DNA from: Podarcis melisellensis
Lineage: Eukaryota
Direction: 5' to 3' (one strand)
NCBI GenBank assembly: GCA_964234715.1
Contig: OZ174275.1
DNA: 64,000 nt
Numbering within the stretch: the stretch's first letter is position 1; each line of letters opens with the position of its first letter. Below, piece by piece: positions 1-12,920 of this stretch. A program made the position numbers and the translations under genes. The notes below the pieces were generated by a model. The model ran no database searches, was not told where the DNA came from, and saw only the letters and a list, made by a program, of their open reading frames with translations.

Positions 1-226
1 ACCAGTATTTTAACATTTTGGTTATCTTCTTGATAAAAAGACAGCAAATTATAGCCCATTCCATATGTGCTCATACTGTGCATTCATTTTAATATGAGAT
101 TTCAGATTACTTCATCTAATATATTGGTTGTTCAATACATGTAATTTTCAGTGTCCTTTAGCATCTGACATGGTGTGCTTTGTAGTACTCTGATTAATAC
201 TCTTTGAGCTGGCTTTAGAGGATTAA

Positions 227-505
<279 letters not shown>

Positions 506-3500
506 TAAGTTCATCACACTGCATCAGAGGCACAATGAACAGAGGCAGGATAACTTAGAATTTAATGTGAGAATTAATCACTGCCCTGCTACGATTCAGA
601 ATATTTTATTTTATTGAAACTGCGAGGAATGATTTGTAGAGACTGGTAAAAATAGTCTTAAATCACTTTGAGCCACTGTGTGTAGTGGATGAGAAGAACT
701 GTAGATAAGGTAAAGTGAGTATGATTAAATGGTTACTGTATAAATATTTTTGAAGTAGATATTTACAGAATATTGTTAAATTGTTATGAAGTGGGACCTG
801 GTGATTTATTTGCTTACTCCTGCTAGGCAGTGTCTGCCAGCTACTGAGCAAAACGCGTAGATTCAAATAACACTGAATGCAATATTTTACTTCCTGCAGG
901 AGTTTTGTGTTTGCATGTGGAGTATTCATATCATCACATAGTGCCTGCTACTGGCAACAGAGTGTCTGCTGTTATCATCATGGTTGTGTGTTGTGCCTCG
1001 TGAGGTGTTTTAACTCTCTTAATTTTTGTTTTGATGGATGTTTTAGTTTATATCTGTCTGGTTGGTCTGATTTTATGTTTTACTTTCTTTTTGTCTGTTT
1101 AAGTAGTGCATTGCCCTGAGAACCCCAGCTATAGCATCACCAGCTATAGCATCACCTAGAGAACTCAGGTTAAGAGGTGATGGATGAATGAAAATCATAA
1201 AATAAATAATAAATTTTGGGTGACTCGGCCTGTATCCAGACAGTACTTGTTTCCATTTTCATGACATTTCCTTTCCTGATAATTTATGTGTTTCATGTGA
1301 TCTTTCATAGATATGTAAAAGCCACTCCTAGAAATCAAGCAGAATCTAGTGGAAGTTTAGTGCTAATTTTCATGATATTTGCTTCCAGAAAAAAATCTGT
1401 TTTCAACCCTGTTAACCTGGAGAACGAGAAGAGTGTTTGTGCTGTAATTTTCCTGTGGTTTTCATACATCGTGCCACTGCCATTCATGTGATTAAATTTG
1501 GGTATTCCAGCATACAGTGCTTTCTCACCATTTTCATGGCTGAATCATGGGGGCACAGAAGTGCACATGTGCATAAAGGGTGGCAGTATGGTTGATGGTG
1601 TCCACTCTTGCACCACAGCATGCCCACTGTTGTGAATTAAACTTAGCATAACATCTACCATGTGTAATGCAAGTCAACCCTTATTCGATTTTAATTAACA
1701 CAGTGCAGTAAAAAGAGGCAGTCTGCAGCAATCACCCTCCCACCATTCAATTTACTTTTTTTGCTTTCTAAGAAGTGGATCCACCTTTCCTCATGAGGAG
1801 TATGTAGTCATCTGACTGCAAGTTCTAACTGGCCAAAGGCTCCTTGTTATATCCCTGCCTCTATAAGGCAGGAAATTTATAATATGTCTGTAATGGCTAA
1901 TTAACATATAATATCCAGCTGGCTTTAATGAGATCACACTTTGTGCCAGAGCCAATGTCTTTCAGACATTCTCTTTCATATAACTGGGACCTGCTCAGGC
2001 TGTTCAGTGCTCTTCTTCAGTTCCATGCCTCTGATTTCCAAGACTGCTCCAAACTCATGGATGGTTACAGGAGGAGCATTTCTTCAGCCTTAGATGAAAC
2101 CTACCCTTGCCTCCTTCCCCATCTCACTGCTTCTCAGCATATTTGCTATTTTTCTCTTTCGGAGTAGTCAGGACCTTGTGGGAAGCACAAAACTGTGTCA
2201 TCCCAAAAGGAAACTCCCCCTTACTACTTTTAAACTTTATTGGGACAGGTTTCTATGAATCCAGGGTGGAATTCAATGCAGCCAGGATAAGCCTCAGCTG
2301 AAGGTTAGTTGGACCATCCGAGCAGTAAGCAGAGACAGATTAATCTGTCTCTGGTTAACTGCCTGAAATACCATTGCGTCCCAGATGTGCACTGTGACTC
2401 TGTACTGTTAAGTCACAGTGAAAATCCAGGGAGCTGTTTCTGTTCTCTCCTTTTGGGGACAGGTATTTATTGTGTTTCCACCCTCTTTGGTCCCCCCCTC
2501 TACTTTTCATATTTCTCAGATCTTGTTTACCTACATCAGCCTTCGCCAACATCTGACCTCCAGATGTTTTGGACTGCAGCTCCGCTCCACACAGCTGTGC
2601 TGGCTGGGGCTGATGAAAGCTGTAGCCCAGAACCAGGTTGGCAAAGGCTATCACAAGATCTGTAATGTTGCTATTTGCACGTGAACTTTCCCCCTTCCTG
2701 GTGTTTTTGGCTAACCCACTGCATTTCTGAATACCCATCCTAAATTTCCATATAAGGAAATGCTCTGCCTTTTAGACTCCCTGTCACTATCTCTTTACTA
2801 GCAGCTAAGCTTATAGTCCAGGCAGTGTGGGTTTGTATGGCCTCATGCTGAACCTTTATCCTTCTGTATTGCTGAATACTGGTGGACCATGTCGCAAAGC
2901 CATTATACTTTCTGCCTGCCATTTTGTGCAAATAAACTTCTCCCCCCCCTCCCCAATTTGGATTGGTATTTAATTAGTTTTGCCAGTTTCTTCCAAATAA
3001 GCAAAACAACATTGGTATTTGCAGAGTATTTGTGTCCATTGCAACAACATCTGTGGAGAGTAATTGTCCACAGCAAAGGTGCCCAATGTGATAGATATAT
3101 GTCATCATGTGTGCGTGATATGAGTTCACATGTATGTACAGTATAGATGCTTGAGTTTTTTTCTCGTTTTGTTCTATTTTAATATCACTGCTATTTAACT
3201 TTTTTTACTGGTTGCAGAAATCTATAAATATTTAATAAATGAATTAAATTGAAAGGGAGGTCAGTTTCTCACTTTTGATATTGCAATCAGTGGACAGGAG
3301 AACACTAATGACTGTCAGCACCACCGCACATTTCCCTTGCAACTGGGCATGAAGGTGGGAGAAGATAAACTATCTTTTCACAAATCATGTGAAAATAGCT
3401 GAAATACACTTTTTCAGCTTGTAACTGGGACCCCCACAAAATATTAGCACATCTGCTTAGATCTAATGTGATATATTATTAGCAGTGGTATGGCAACTGT

Positions 3501-4412
3501 TTGCCCTTAGCACTGATCAGCTGGTCAGAAATCATGCCATTGCCCTTGATCCATGCATTATTGAAACATGGTTAAAAAACCCAAAAAAACCTACTTGAAA
3601 TTTGCTCTCACATTCCTACCACTAAGGTATAAATTGGTTCTATTGGTCCTAAGTGTCCTGTTCTGCTGGGGCTACAGGCCCACCGTGGAAGTGGTAACAA
3701 ATACAGAACCAGAACAAATACTGTACCAGAACCTCTTGCAATCCAGGGTAAAGCAGGACAAAGCAAGTCAAATCAGGACCTTGGGCAGCTCCCACTGGCC
3801 CCTGCTGAGTTTAGGAAGATGTCTCAGCAGATATTTTCCTGAAACCCTAAAAAGACTGGCAGAACTTAATATTCCAGTGGCACAACTCCCCCAGTTTGCA
3901 ATATTTAATGGGCCTACAGCCTGTTCCACATTTGCATGCTCCTGCATGGTGGTAAGAATAGGAGAGGCTGTGTGGGAATCAACCTCAGACTTTGAGGATA
4001 ATGGAAGAGCCATGTCCTCAGGCCAATGAAGTGTAGAATTGAGTGCAGAGGGATCCTTCTCAAGTCAGAGTCTTCCTTTGGTCAAAACTGGGATCCTGAG
4101 GCAGGGGACATAATACCAGGACAATATCATGCAGATAAGAGTTCTGAGTGTCCATGGGTCCCATTAAATTCTATAGAGCAAAGTGAGAGGGATGCAATTA
4201 GCAATACTTTGCAGGAAGAAGAACAACCTACTTTGCCCCATACAAAATTAACATAAGGAGGGGCAGACTTGGCCTGCTCAACACACTCCATTAGTGTTCC
4301 TTAGTGGTACTGCTACAAGCAATTGTAACAAAATAGATGGTGCTATGTTTCTCCCCTCCCCTCAGATGAATGCAGATTTAATGGTGGAAAGTAATATATC
4401 TCTCTCACATCT

Positions 4413-4417
<5 letters not shown>

Positions 4418-4453
<36 letters not shown>
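4418..4453. repeat. (CA)n microsatellite
   Basis: Seen directly; further CA/TG runs near 8027, 20417 and 23138. Confidence 0.95.
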
Positions 4454-4454
<1 letters not shown>

Positions 4455-5178
4455 CTGCCAATAAATTTTTTTGGGTGTGGGTGTGTGTTGAGTTCATAAC
4501 GAAACCTGATACCATAGGATAAGTGCATATCTTCTTATTCTGGTGGCGATATTTTTTTAAAGTTTTGTTTATCATAGTATTAAAAATGGCAATGTTTGTT
4601 GAAGTAATAATTTAATTCACTCTACTTTGAGATATAAATTGAAATTATTCAAGTTTTGTTGTTGTTTTGAGCTCCCTGTTGTGACCACATGATAAAGTTT
4701 CAGGGTTTCTTAAAAAGTAGGAAATAATGAGAAATATCAAGTCCCTGCATATTAATATACAGTTTATTCTGATGCAATCTAAAAATAGGCAGATACTTGA
4801 ATGAATTCAGCAAATAGTGTTGTGCACAGCATGCTAGTAGAAGCAGTATTGGTGGGAGAATTGGGCTCACTTGAAATAAAATCAAGGACGATTACTAGTC
4901 AGAGTCTTCAAGAAACTTTATGCACCATTCACTCCCTTCTCCTTTCTCTCCAACTCCTTGTTGGTGCACAGAGGTCATAATGTCACCAGATATGAAAGGA
5001 TGCATACAATTCACTGTGTAATGCAGGCATTCTGTAATGCAGCCATTCAGCAACTGAACGAGGTGAATCCTGGATAAAACTTCCTTCAACCTTTTCCAGC
5101 TATTTTTAGAGCTGAGAATGTTTAATATTCTTTCTTATTACCTTTTTCAACACTGCATTTTTAACCATTCATCTTTGA

Positions 5179-5403
<225 letters not shown>

Positions 5404-5932
5404 TGAGGAAAATTGGGGTGGGAAGAGATGGACGATCAATTTTTTTGTTTGTTTTATAATGTTTGAAAGTCAATTCCTAGCCTTATATGCATTTATTCAA
5501 TGTGACCAGAATGTATACTCTGTAGTTTAGCATAGACAGCTCAAGGAGGTGAGCAGAGGTGGATGCTCTTTCAGGAGAGCATTACCTAACCTTGGTGCTA
5601 CAACAGAAACATCCCTAGTGCCCACCTGTTATCTGTCTCATGGTGAAAGGGCACAGAGCAGGCCCTTCAATACTGACCTCAACATTCACGGGGACAGCTG
5701 TGGATACAAATCAAAACAGAAAGTTGACTTTCAGAGTAATACTGAAAATTACTAGACCTCAAGTAGGGAAAATAACCTCAGAAATAAAGGAAAGAACCCA
5801 AATCGAATATATATATAATGGGCCTAGTTTTGGCAGTTTGCACTTTAAGAGGGAATTTGTATGTTCAGGTGATAGGACTATACAGTATTAACAAATATTA
5901 TTGGCAGGGAAGAATAACGTGCAGGAAAAGAA

Positions 5933-5977
<45 letters not shown>
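5933..5977. repeat. (ATT)n microsatellite
   Basis: Seen directly. Confidence 0.95.
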
Positions 5978-5978
<1 letters not shown>

Positions 5979-6446
5979 TGAAAATGTTTATCCTTGAAAT
6001 TACTGAAATAAGCCCCATGGAATCAGGACCCTATGGGAGCAAGACTACTCTACTCGCTTCCCTGCTACGGAAATACTCCTCATGAATCTCAGCATGAATC
6101 TTAGAGCAGCTGTTCTTCATACAATTAATTTAACCCAGCATTTGAACTGTGAAGCATTTAAGGAAGTTTTAAATATATATATATATATGTATTCATTTAT
6201 CATTGCCATTAAAGAATGATTTGATTTCAATAGGAACAGAATTTGAGTGGGCACAAGGGTGCTATGTTTCATGCTGGCTGTACGGTACTCAATCAGGATG
6301 CATGTGTGTGCTCTGCCTTGTCTGTGTCAGGAGAGACATTTAAAAAAGGAAGGAAGAAAAGGAAGGCTTTTATGGCAACGGTACTGTCAGTAACACGCCT
6401 CCTGTGAGAGCCTGAATTCTTTTTCCTGCAACTCAAGCCGTTTCTT

Positions 6447-6572
6447 CATTATTACTATTATTTATTTATTAAATTTGCATACCACCCTCCATCCAAACAT
6501 CACAGGGCAGTTCACAACATAAAAATACAATATAAAAATGAGAACATAAAAAACAAGAACAGAAACAAACAA
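6447..6572 (-). mobile_element. LINE (L2-like) 3' tail remnant
   Basis: tttattaaatttgcataccaccct...atcacagggcagttcacaacataaaaatac; a close sibling lies at 44031-44183 (-) and an opposite-strand copy near 60990-61060. Confidence 0.55.
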
Positions 6573-6851
6573 GGGGGGATGGAAGATCTGTAAAAGCAGC
6601 CTTCTGAAATCCCCTCTCTATGAATTTCTACCCCAGGTTTAGTGATGCTGATTGAAAGCAGCACTCACACATTTGCTGTCTACTGTTATTCTGACTTGGA
6701 TTTCCAAGAACTGTAAATTGTCAGTGCTCACATGACATGGCAAGTTGAACTACAGCTTACTGGGACAGAAAGAATGTGTTGGCTCCTGGAGAGTTTGCAG
6801 CTGCTTTGTTGTTCCCTAGGCTTTTTTTTTTTTTTTACTATTGCACTTCAC

Positions 6852-7434
6852 TGTCATGGCCCTCACTACCAGATGAAGAACTTGAACTCCCAGGTCACTT
6901 TCTTCCAAAGACTTTAATGCTTAAAAATCAGAGGAGTACATAAGCGAGGCAGTGTTCCATAGTGCGGTAGATGTGCAAAAGGATTAGCTCCAACAAGCGG
7001 CATGCCCCCTGCACGTTTCTTTTGAAGGATGTGTGGGCACAGCGCTAAGTGCAACAAACAGCAGGAGTCTTGAGGCTGGAGAATCAAAGAGGCACTCCTC
7101 CAGGTGGATTCAGCTTGCAAGTTCTGTTTATGCTGGCACTCAGCATCTGATTTACCCTCAGTAGCCTCCTCCTCTGAAGGAACCTCATCACTGATAGGAG
7201 GAGCTGCTACAGCAGGAGGCATCTGACATGGGGTGCCCAGTGGCTCTGGAGCAGAACACTTCTCTGCTAATCTGCCAGGACTCTCCCCTGGATCTTACTC
7301 TCCATCCTGCACATTACCAGCTCCTTCTGGATTCTGACACTTCTTGGAGTCCTCCTTTTCGCTAATACCTTCCTCAGGGTTGTTCAGTTCTCTGAGCTTC
7401 TCCCATTCTTCCTCAGGATCAGACCACCATGACA
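6852..7434 (-). mobile_element. Solo LTR, gypsy-like (older copy)
   Basis: Inverted termini TGTCATGG...CCATGACA; minus-strand ATTAAA near 6913-6918; acidic reading frame. TSD not recognisable. Confidence 0.65.
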
Positions 7435-7757
7435 CATCTTTAGGACTCATGTCATGGGCTGAGCTATGTCCTTAGTGTGTTGTCTGTACCTGGACTGGTG
7501 CTGAAGCTCTTTCCCTACTAACCACAAACAGCCAATAACAAACCTTGGCTACAACACATGGTTAGAGGAGTGAATTTGTTGTTGCTGTAGATTGTTGTTG
7601 CTTCCTCCGTTCGTCATCGCTTCCCTTCCCCAACTTACCCTTCCCTTTTACCTCAAGCAACTGTGTACAATAACCCTAGAAACTCCAGCAGTGCTCACCA
7701 ATCAGATACCACTATCCACATGGCGAGAACCAATGAATTCATAAAACAAGAATAGGC

Positions 7758-7896
7758 CAGGGTTAGCCAACATGGTGCCCTCTCGATTTTGCTGGACTCC
7801 AGCTCCCATCAGCCCCAGCCAGCATGTCTAATGATCAGGGATGATGGGAGGTAGAATCCAACAATGTTGGGGAGAACACCATACTGGCTACCCCTG
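7758..7896. mobile_element. Palindromic hAT-like MITE (related copies near 2537-2650, 28280-28416, 39595-39690)
   Basis: CAGGG...CCCTG ends; internal ctcccatcagccccagccagcatg...gatgatgggag motif recurs in the window in both orientations. Confidence 0.6.
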
Positions 7897-8170
7897 CTGT
7901 AGTGTCTCCACTTCATCAGCCCGATTTATTACTTTAGAAATATTTATAAACCACTTAATTAAAGAGCTCTCTAAGCAGTGCACATAATAAAATTATAAAG
8001 CAGCTAAAATCTACAACCCTATTATACACACACACACACACACACAAAATAATTATCATTCCATTGAAATCTTGGATAATATAATTAGGCTGCAATCCCC
8101 TATGTCCACTTATGTGAAGGTAAGCTTCTCGCAAAATAGAATTATCCTAAGGAAGATCCACTTATCTTTT

Positions 8171-8240
8171 CTGTGAATGGCTCTGAGACCTCCAGGTATA
8201 GGGCGGTATATAAATTAAATAAATAATAATATTAATAAAA
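8171..8240 (+). mobile_element. LINE (L2-like) 3' tail remnant
   Basis: tgtgaatggctctgagacctccaggtatagggcggtatataaattaaataaata. Family assignment is from recall. Confidence 0.55.
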
Positions 8241-8584
8241 CAATAATTTATTCTCATAGGCAGCTATATTATACTGATTTTGTGATGTTTGAAAATACCC
8301 AATTTGGGCAATTTCTTCAATTACCCACAACTTCCAGTCCAATCTTACCTCTAAGATTCTGGTATAATAAATATTACATCATTTTGCTTTAGGCAATATC
8401 ATAAACATTATATATCTTTATTTTATGCACTTCTGAAAAACATGTCTTGCTTCCAAACACCATTGTATCTTATATAATAACCAGTTAAATCTGCTGGGCT
8501 GTGAAATATAGACTGTGATAACAGAAAAGAACAAAGCAGCTTTGGATTATTTTTCTCAGTAACCATGTTTTTGATGGCTTATAA

Positions 8585-8818
<234 letters not shown>

Positions 8819-10494
8819 TGACATACATTTATTTGTACTTTCCAATTTTATCCCTTAAGACTCATGTTAGCATGCTTTCACATCTACAAGAGGTATTCTC
8901 GAGGAAATAAAACAACCAAGAGAAATTAAGTGAAGCCTAGCACTATTGGAGTACACACAAACACTGAAGCTGGGTAGAGTTCAAATCAGAAAGATGTTTC
9001 TGCTGTTCCATACCTGCCCTGTTTCCATGGGATTTGTGCTTGGGAGTAATACAGAGAGCTTATGTAGTTTATACTTCAGCCCAGTTAGTTAATTCTAAGC
9101 TAACTAACAGCCCAGTTAGTTACACAATGGAGGTAAGTGAATGTTCCTGCCTATCTAGGGGATCTTTTTTCACTTACAACTACTCTAGCTGCTTAAAGTG
9201 CTAGCAGAGGCAATATGAAACATAGCCATCTTGGGAGATGTGGTCTTGTAAATCTGCGGTATTGAAAACTGCATGGAAGTGAAAATCAGTAGAAAATCTG
9301 GGCCCAAACAAAATAACATCTTCATTACTAAATAAGATAGAATGGCTCTTGAACTTCACATTCAGGGCATGGTAATCTATCCTCCCCTTTGGGAGGAAGG
9401 TTCTTTTTAAATGCCAGATACAGCACACATTTGTTATAATTAGCCTGCATATGGTGTTGTGTCCTCAGGACTTTTCCTGCATTTAGTATGCTTGACTTCG
9501 CTACATGTCTTTGATCTGGCTGCATTCACAATTTTCAATCACACACACGGCTGGTGTATTTCTGATTGTGATAACTCATCAGTGGCAATCAGTAAAGGGC
9601 CTAGGATATCAAAGGGCAGCTGGCTCCCCTGTGATGAATGATTTGGCCTTTCTGTCTTGCCACATGTCAAACAGTTTTAAGCCACATACTGTATACGATG
9701 ACAAAACTGGGATTTCTTAAAATGCTGATATTAACAGAACTACTTTTTCTGTTGCTTTGAATGTATTGTCTTAGGTAAAATAGTGATTCATTAATGTTTT
9801 TGCTGGGTGGATTTATTTTCCTAAATCACAGGGAAATTTTAACTGGGTTTGAATGTAGAACCTTTCTATATACTATGCTTTTTATGGTCCTTTACTTGGA
9901 GTCTGGATCCTAAGAAAACTTTTGGGAGCATGTGGTGGGCAGAGTGTACCTCCTCTTGACTGCAAACCAAGACTCTTGTCCTTAGCATTGAACAAAGCAA
10001 CACATAAATGGTCACATTGAACCCACGAGCCTGAGTTCAGAACAGAAAAAGGTTAATTTTTCTTTGGCTCTGTCTCTTTCTTTTCTGCTATGTGGTGTGA
10101 AAGAGAAGTATAATATTCTCTTATAATGTGCCAAAATCAAAAGGATATTTACTGTGAATTTCAGTAATTCTGTGCTCTCTCTTTCTAATAAAATCAGTGG
10201 TGTACAAGAGACAGAAAGGGCTTTTTCTTCACCTTAATTTTAAAAAGTAATCCATATTCTTTAGTTAAACATTGCATCCCTGAAAGGCTGAGAGCAATTA
10301 CTCACTGCAAAACTGTTGCTTCAGGCGGCCATGGGGAAGAGAAGCTGCAGCTGGAAGAATAACATTTTGGTAGCTACACAACACATTTCCTATCCAGACA
10401 CCAGCTGCAGATACGTTAGATTTGAGCAACTAGCCAACTGATTTCTTGGTGCTTCAAAGGCATCTGTAAATGTGAATGGGTTTATCTACAATAA

Positions 10495-10806
<312 letters not shown>

Positions 10807-11395
10807 TAGTCTGTTTTTGTGTTGGCTTAAATGTTTCTGGAAGACATGCTGAGCTGCGACATATTGAAAGTGTTAAACTCCCTGGGTGGTATTTAGCTTA
10901 GTTTTTTCTCAAAAACATGAATTGGCAGCTTCCACATATATTTTATTTGAAAAAACTTTTGTTGCTCATTCTATAGGATCTCCACTAGAAAGTAATATCT
11001 TGATCTGCAGATGTTGCATGTTTCTGATGTAAGCATGGATTTTAATATCTAATACAGAGGCTGAGATCATGAGAAAGTTTAGTTTTCAAAAGCAGGTTTC
11101 TAGACCTCTTTTTGTGTAGGACAAATTAAATTGTGCAGTAGACAGTACCACGGGTAACAGCTCAAGTACCCAAAGGAATCTTGAATTGGATCAGGGCATT
11201 GGTATTTTGTGTTGCTCATGGTCCTCTTCTGTCTAGCTTTCCATCATTCAACAGCTTGATATGGGTGACAGGCCTGCCTGAAGCCCTTCATGCTTGGAAA
11301 ATTAAGTCTAAAGCTCCTCAATCCATCTAACTGCTTTTGTAAACCAACCTTAAATTTATCACTGTGGACAATTTCTGATAAGAAATCTTTGGGAT

Positions 11396-12600
11396 GGACT
11401 TCTGGCACTGCCACCTTGGCGAACTGCAGATCCCACGATAGCGAACACCAGCCGTGCAGTTAATTAAGGATAATCTGGGAGCAATTATCCTTGCAGGCCC
11501 CAGGTCAGGGGCGGAGCTTTCACTCACGGATTGTCCAATAACTGCCTCTCGCTCTGATGGAATGCAGAGCAGGGACACAGAGTGCATAGCACTGCACGTA
11601 TTGGAAACCCCCCAACGCGGTCGCCATGAGTGGAGGTACTTCTGTTTCTTTTAAGATGGATCTGAATTTGGACTTAAGAAACAGATGTGCTCTGGATGAA
11701 GGAGAAAGCTAACCTGCTAAATGAATCAGCCACCGAGTGCCAATGTTTAGATCTGGAGAGGACTGTCATCGTAATTGGATTGCTATGTAATTGAAGGGGA
11801 AGGCTTTGCTCTCTTTTTACATTATATTTGTTTGCTATGATTCAGCAAACCTTCACTGAAGAAGAATTAATTAATTAATTACTAATGGAATAAAATTACT
11901 AATGGATTACAACTATATATGGAATGCAAGAGGGATTCAACAAGAACTATAATTTTCTTCACGGAGTTCTGGAAAGAATAGACTGTGTGAAATACTGTGA
12001 TGATTTGTGACATTGCCTACTAAAGAGGGCTCTAACTCTGGTTTTGGTGAGACACCAGCTTGTTAGTAGATTGGAAAGGACTAAAAGAGATAAAAGCAGG
12101 AAGCAAACCAGGAGTCACTGCCAGACGCTGGAATAATTTCGGTTTTAGAAAGGCAAAATGGAAGCTGTGGCATAATGAGAATTAAGTTCTCGAGGGAGGG
12201 GCAATGTTGAAGAGGATTGATTGATTACAACATGAAGGAAAAGAAGAATGTAAACAAATATTTCACACAGAAAACTGCAAGAAATAAATTCCCATTGCAA
12301 GTTAATGGATATGGATTTGCTAAATACGAACGAAAGTCATCACACCAGTGGCTGTTAAAATAAAGGATGAAGATCAGAATTGTTGTATTTGGACTAATTA
12401 AGAGAATTGGCGCCGGACCAAGGAATAACATCAACTCCTAATAGCCAGAACACGGGAAGTCATCCAAAAATGCTGAATTCAGAACTGATTAATTGGATCT
12501 TTTGATTATATCATGATTTGGTATGATTTGGTGTTGTATTAATGTGGCCTCCATTGGATTGTTATTAATAAATAAAAATAAAAATTATTTCTAAAAAAAA
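11396..12600 (+). mobile_element. Non-autonomous or internally deleted L1-like retroposon
   Basis: CpG-rich 5' end starting GGACTTTCTGGC (resembles the GGACTTCCGG L1 start); A-rich body; AATAAA cluster plus A tail; degenerate TSD AAGAAATCTTTGGGATG (11380-11396) / AAGAAATATTTGGGGATG (12599-12616). Confidence 0.7.
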
Positions 12601-12631
12601 GAAATATTTGGGGATGCTAAGTATGGACACT

Positions 12632-12920
12632 TTCAAGACGGAGCAAGCTTGTTTTCTACTGCTCTGAAGCGTAGGACCCAAACCAATGAATTCAAGTTAC
12701 AAGAAAGGAGATTCTAACTAAACATCAGGAATAACTTTCTGCAGTAAAGTGCTGTTCATCTTCGGAACAAACTCCCATGAGAGGTGGACTCTCCTTCATT
12801 GGAGGTTTTTAAGCAGAGGTTGGATGGCCATTTGTCATGTATGATTTAGTTGAGATTCCTGCATTGCAGGGCGTCAGACTAGGTGACCCTTGGGGTCCCT
12901 TCCAATTCTATGATTCTATA
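12632..12920 (+). mobile_element. CR1 LINE 3' fragment
   Basis: ggaggtttttaagcagaggttggatggcca...gagattcctgcattgcagg...ggtcccttccaattctatgattcta, with the CR1 (ATTCTATG)n terminus. Confidence 0.9.

Noticed and set aside
3568-4029. 153-aa ORF with a hydrophobic N-terminus
   Set aside because: Intronic, no recognisable homology or supporting gene structure; length is attainable by chance in 64 kb.
11626-11641. ATG AGT GGA G|GTACTT as an alternative KALRN first coding exon
   Set aside because: It ends in phase 1 while the next exon (23424) starts in phase 0, and it lies within a retroposon.
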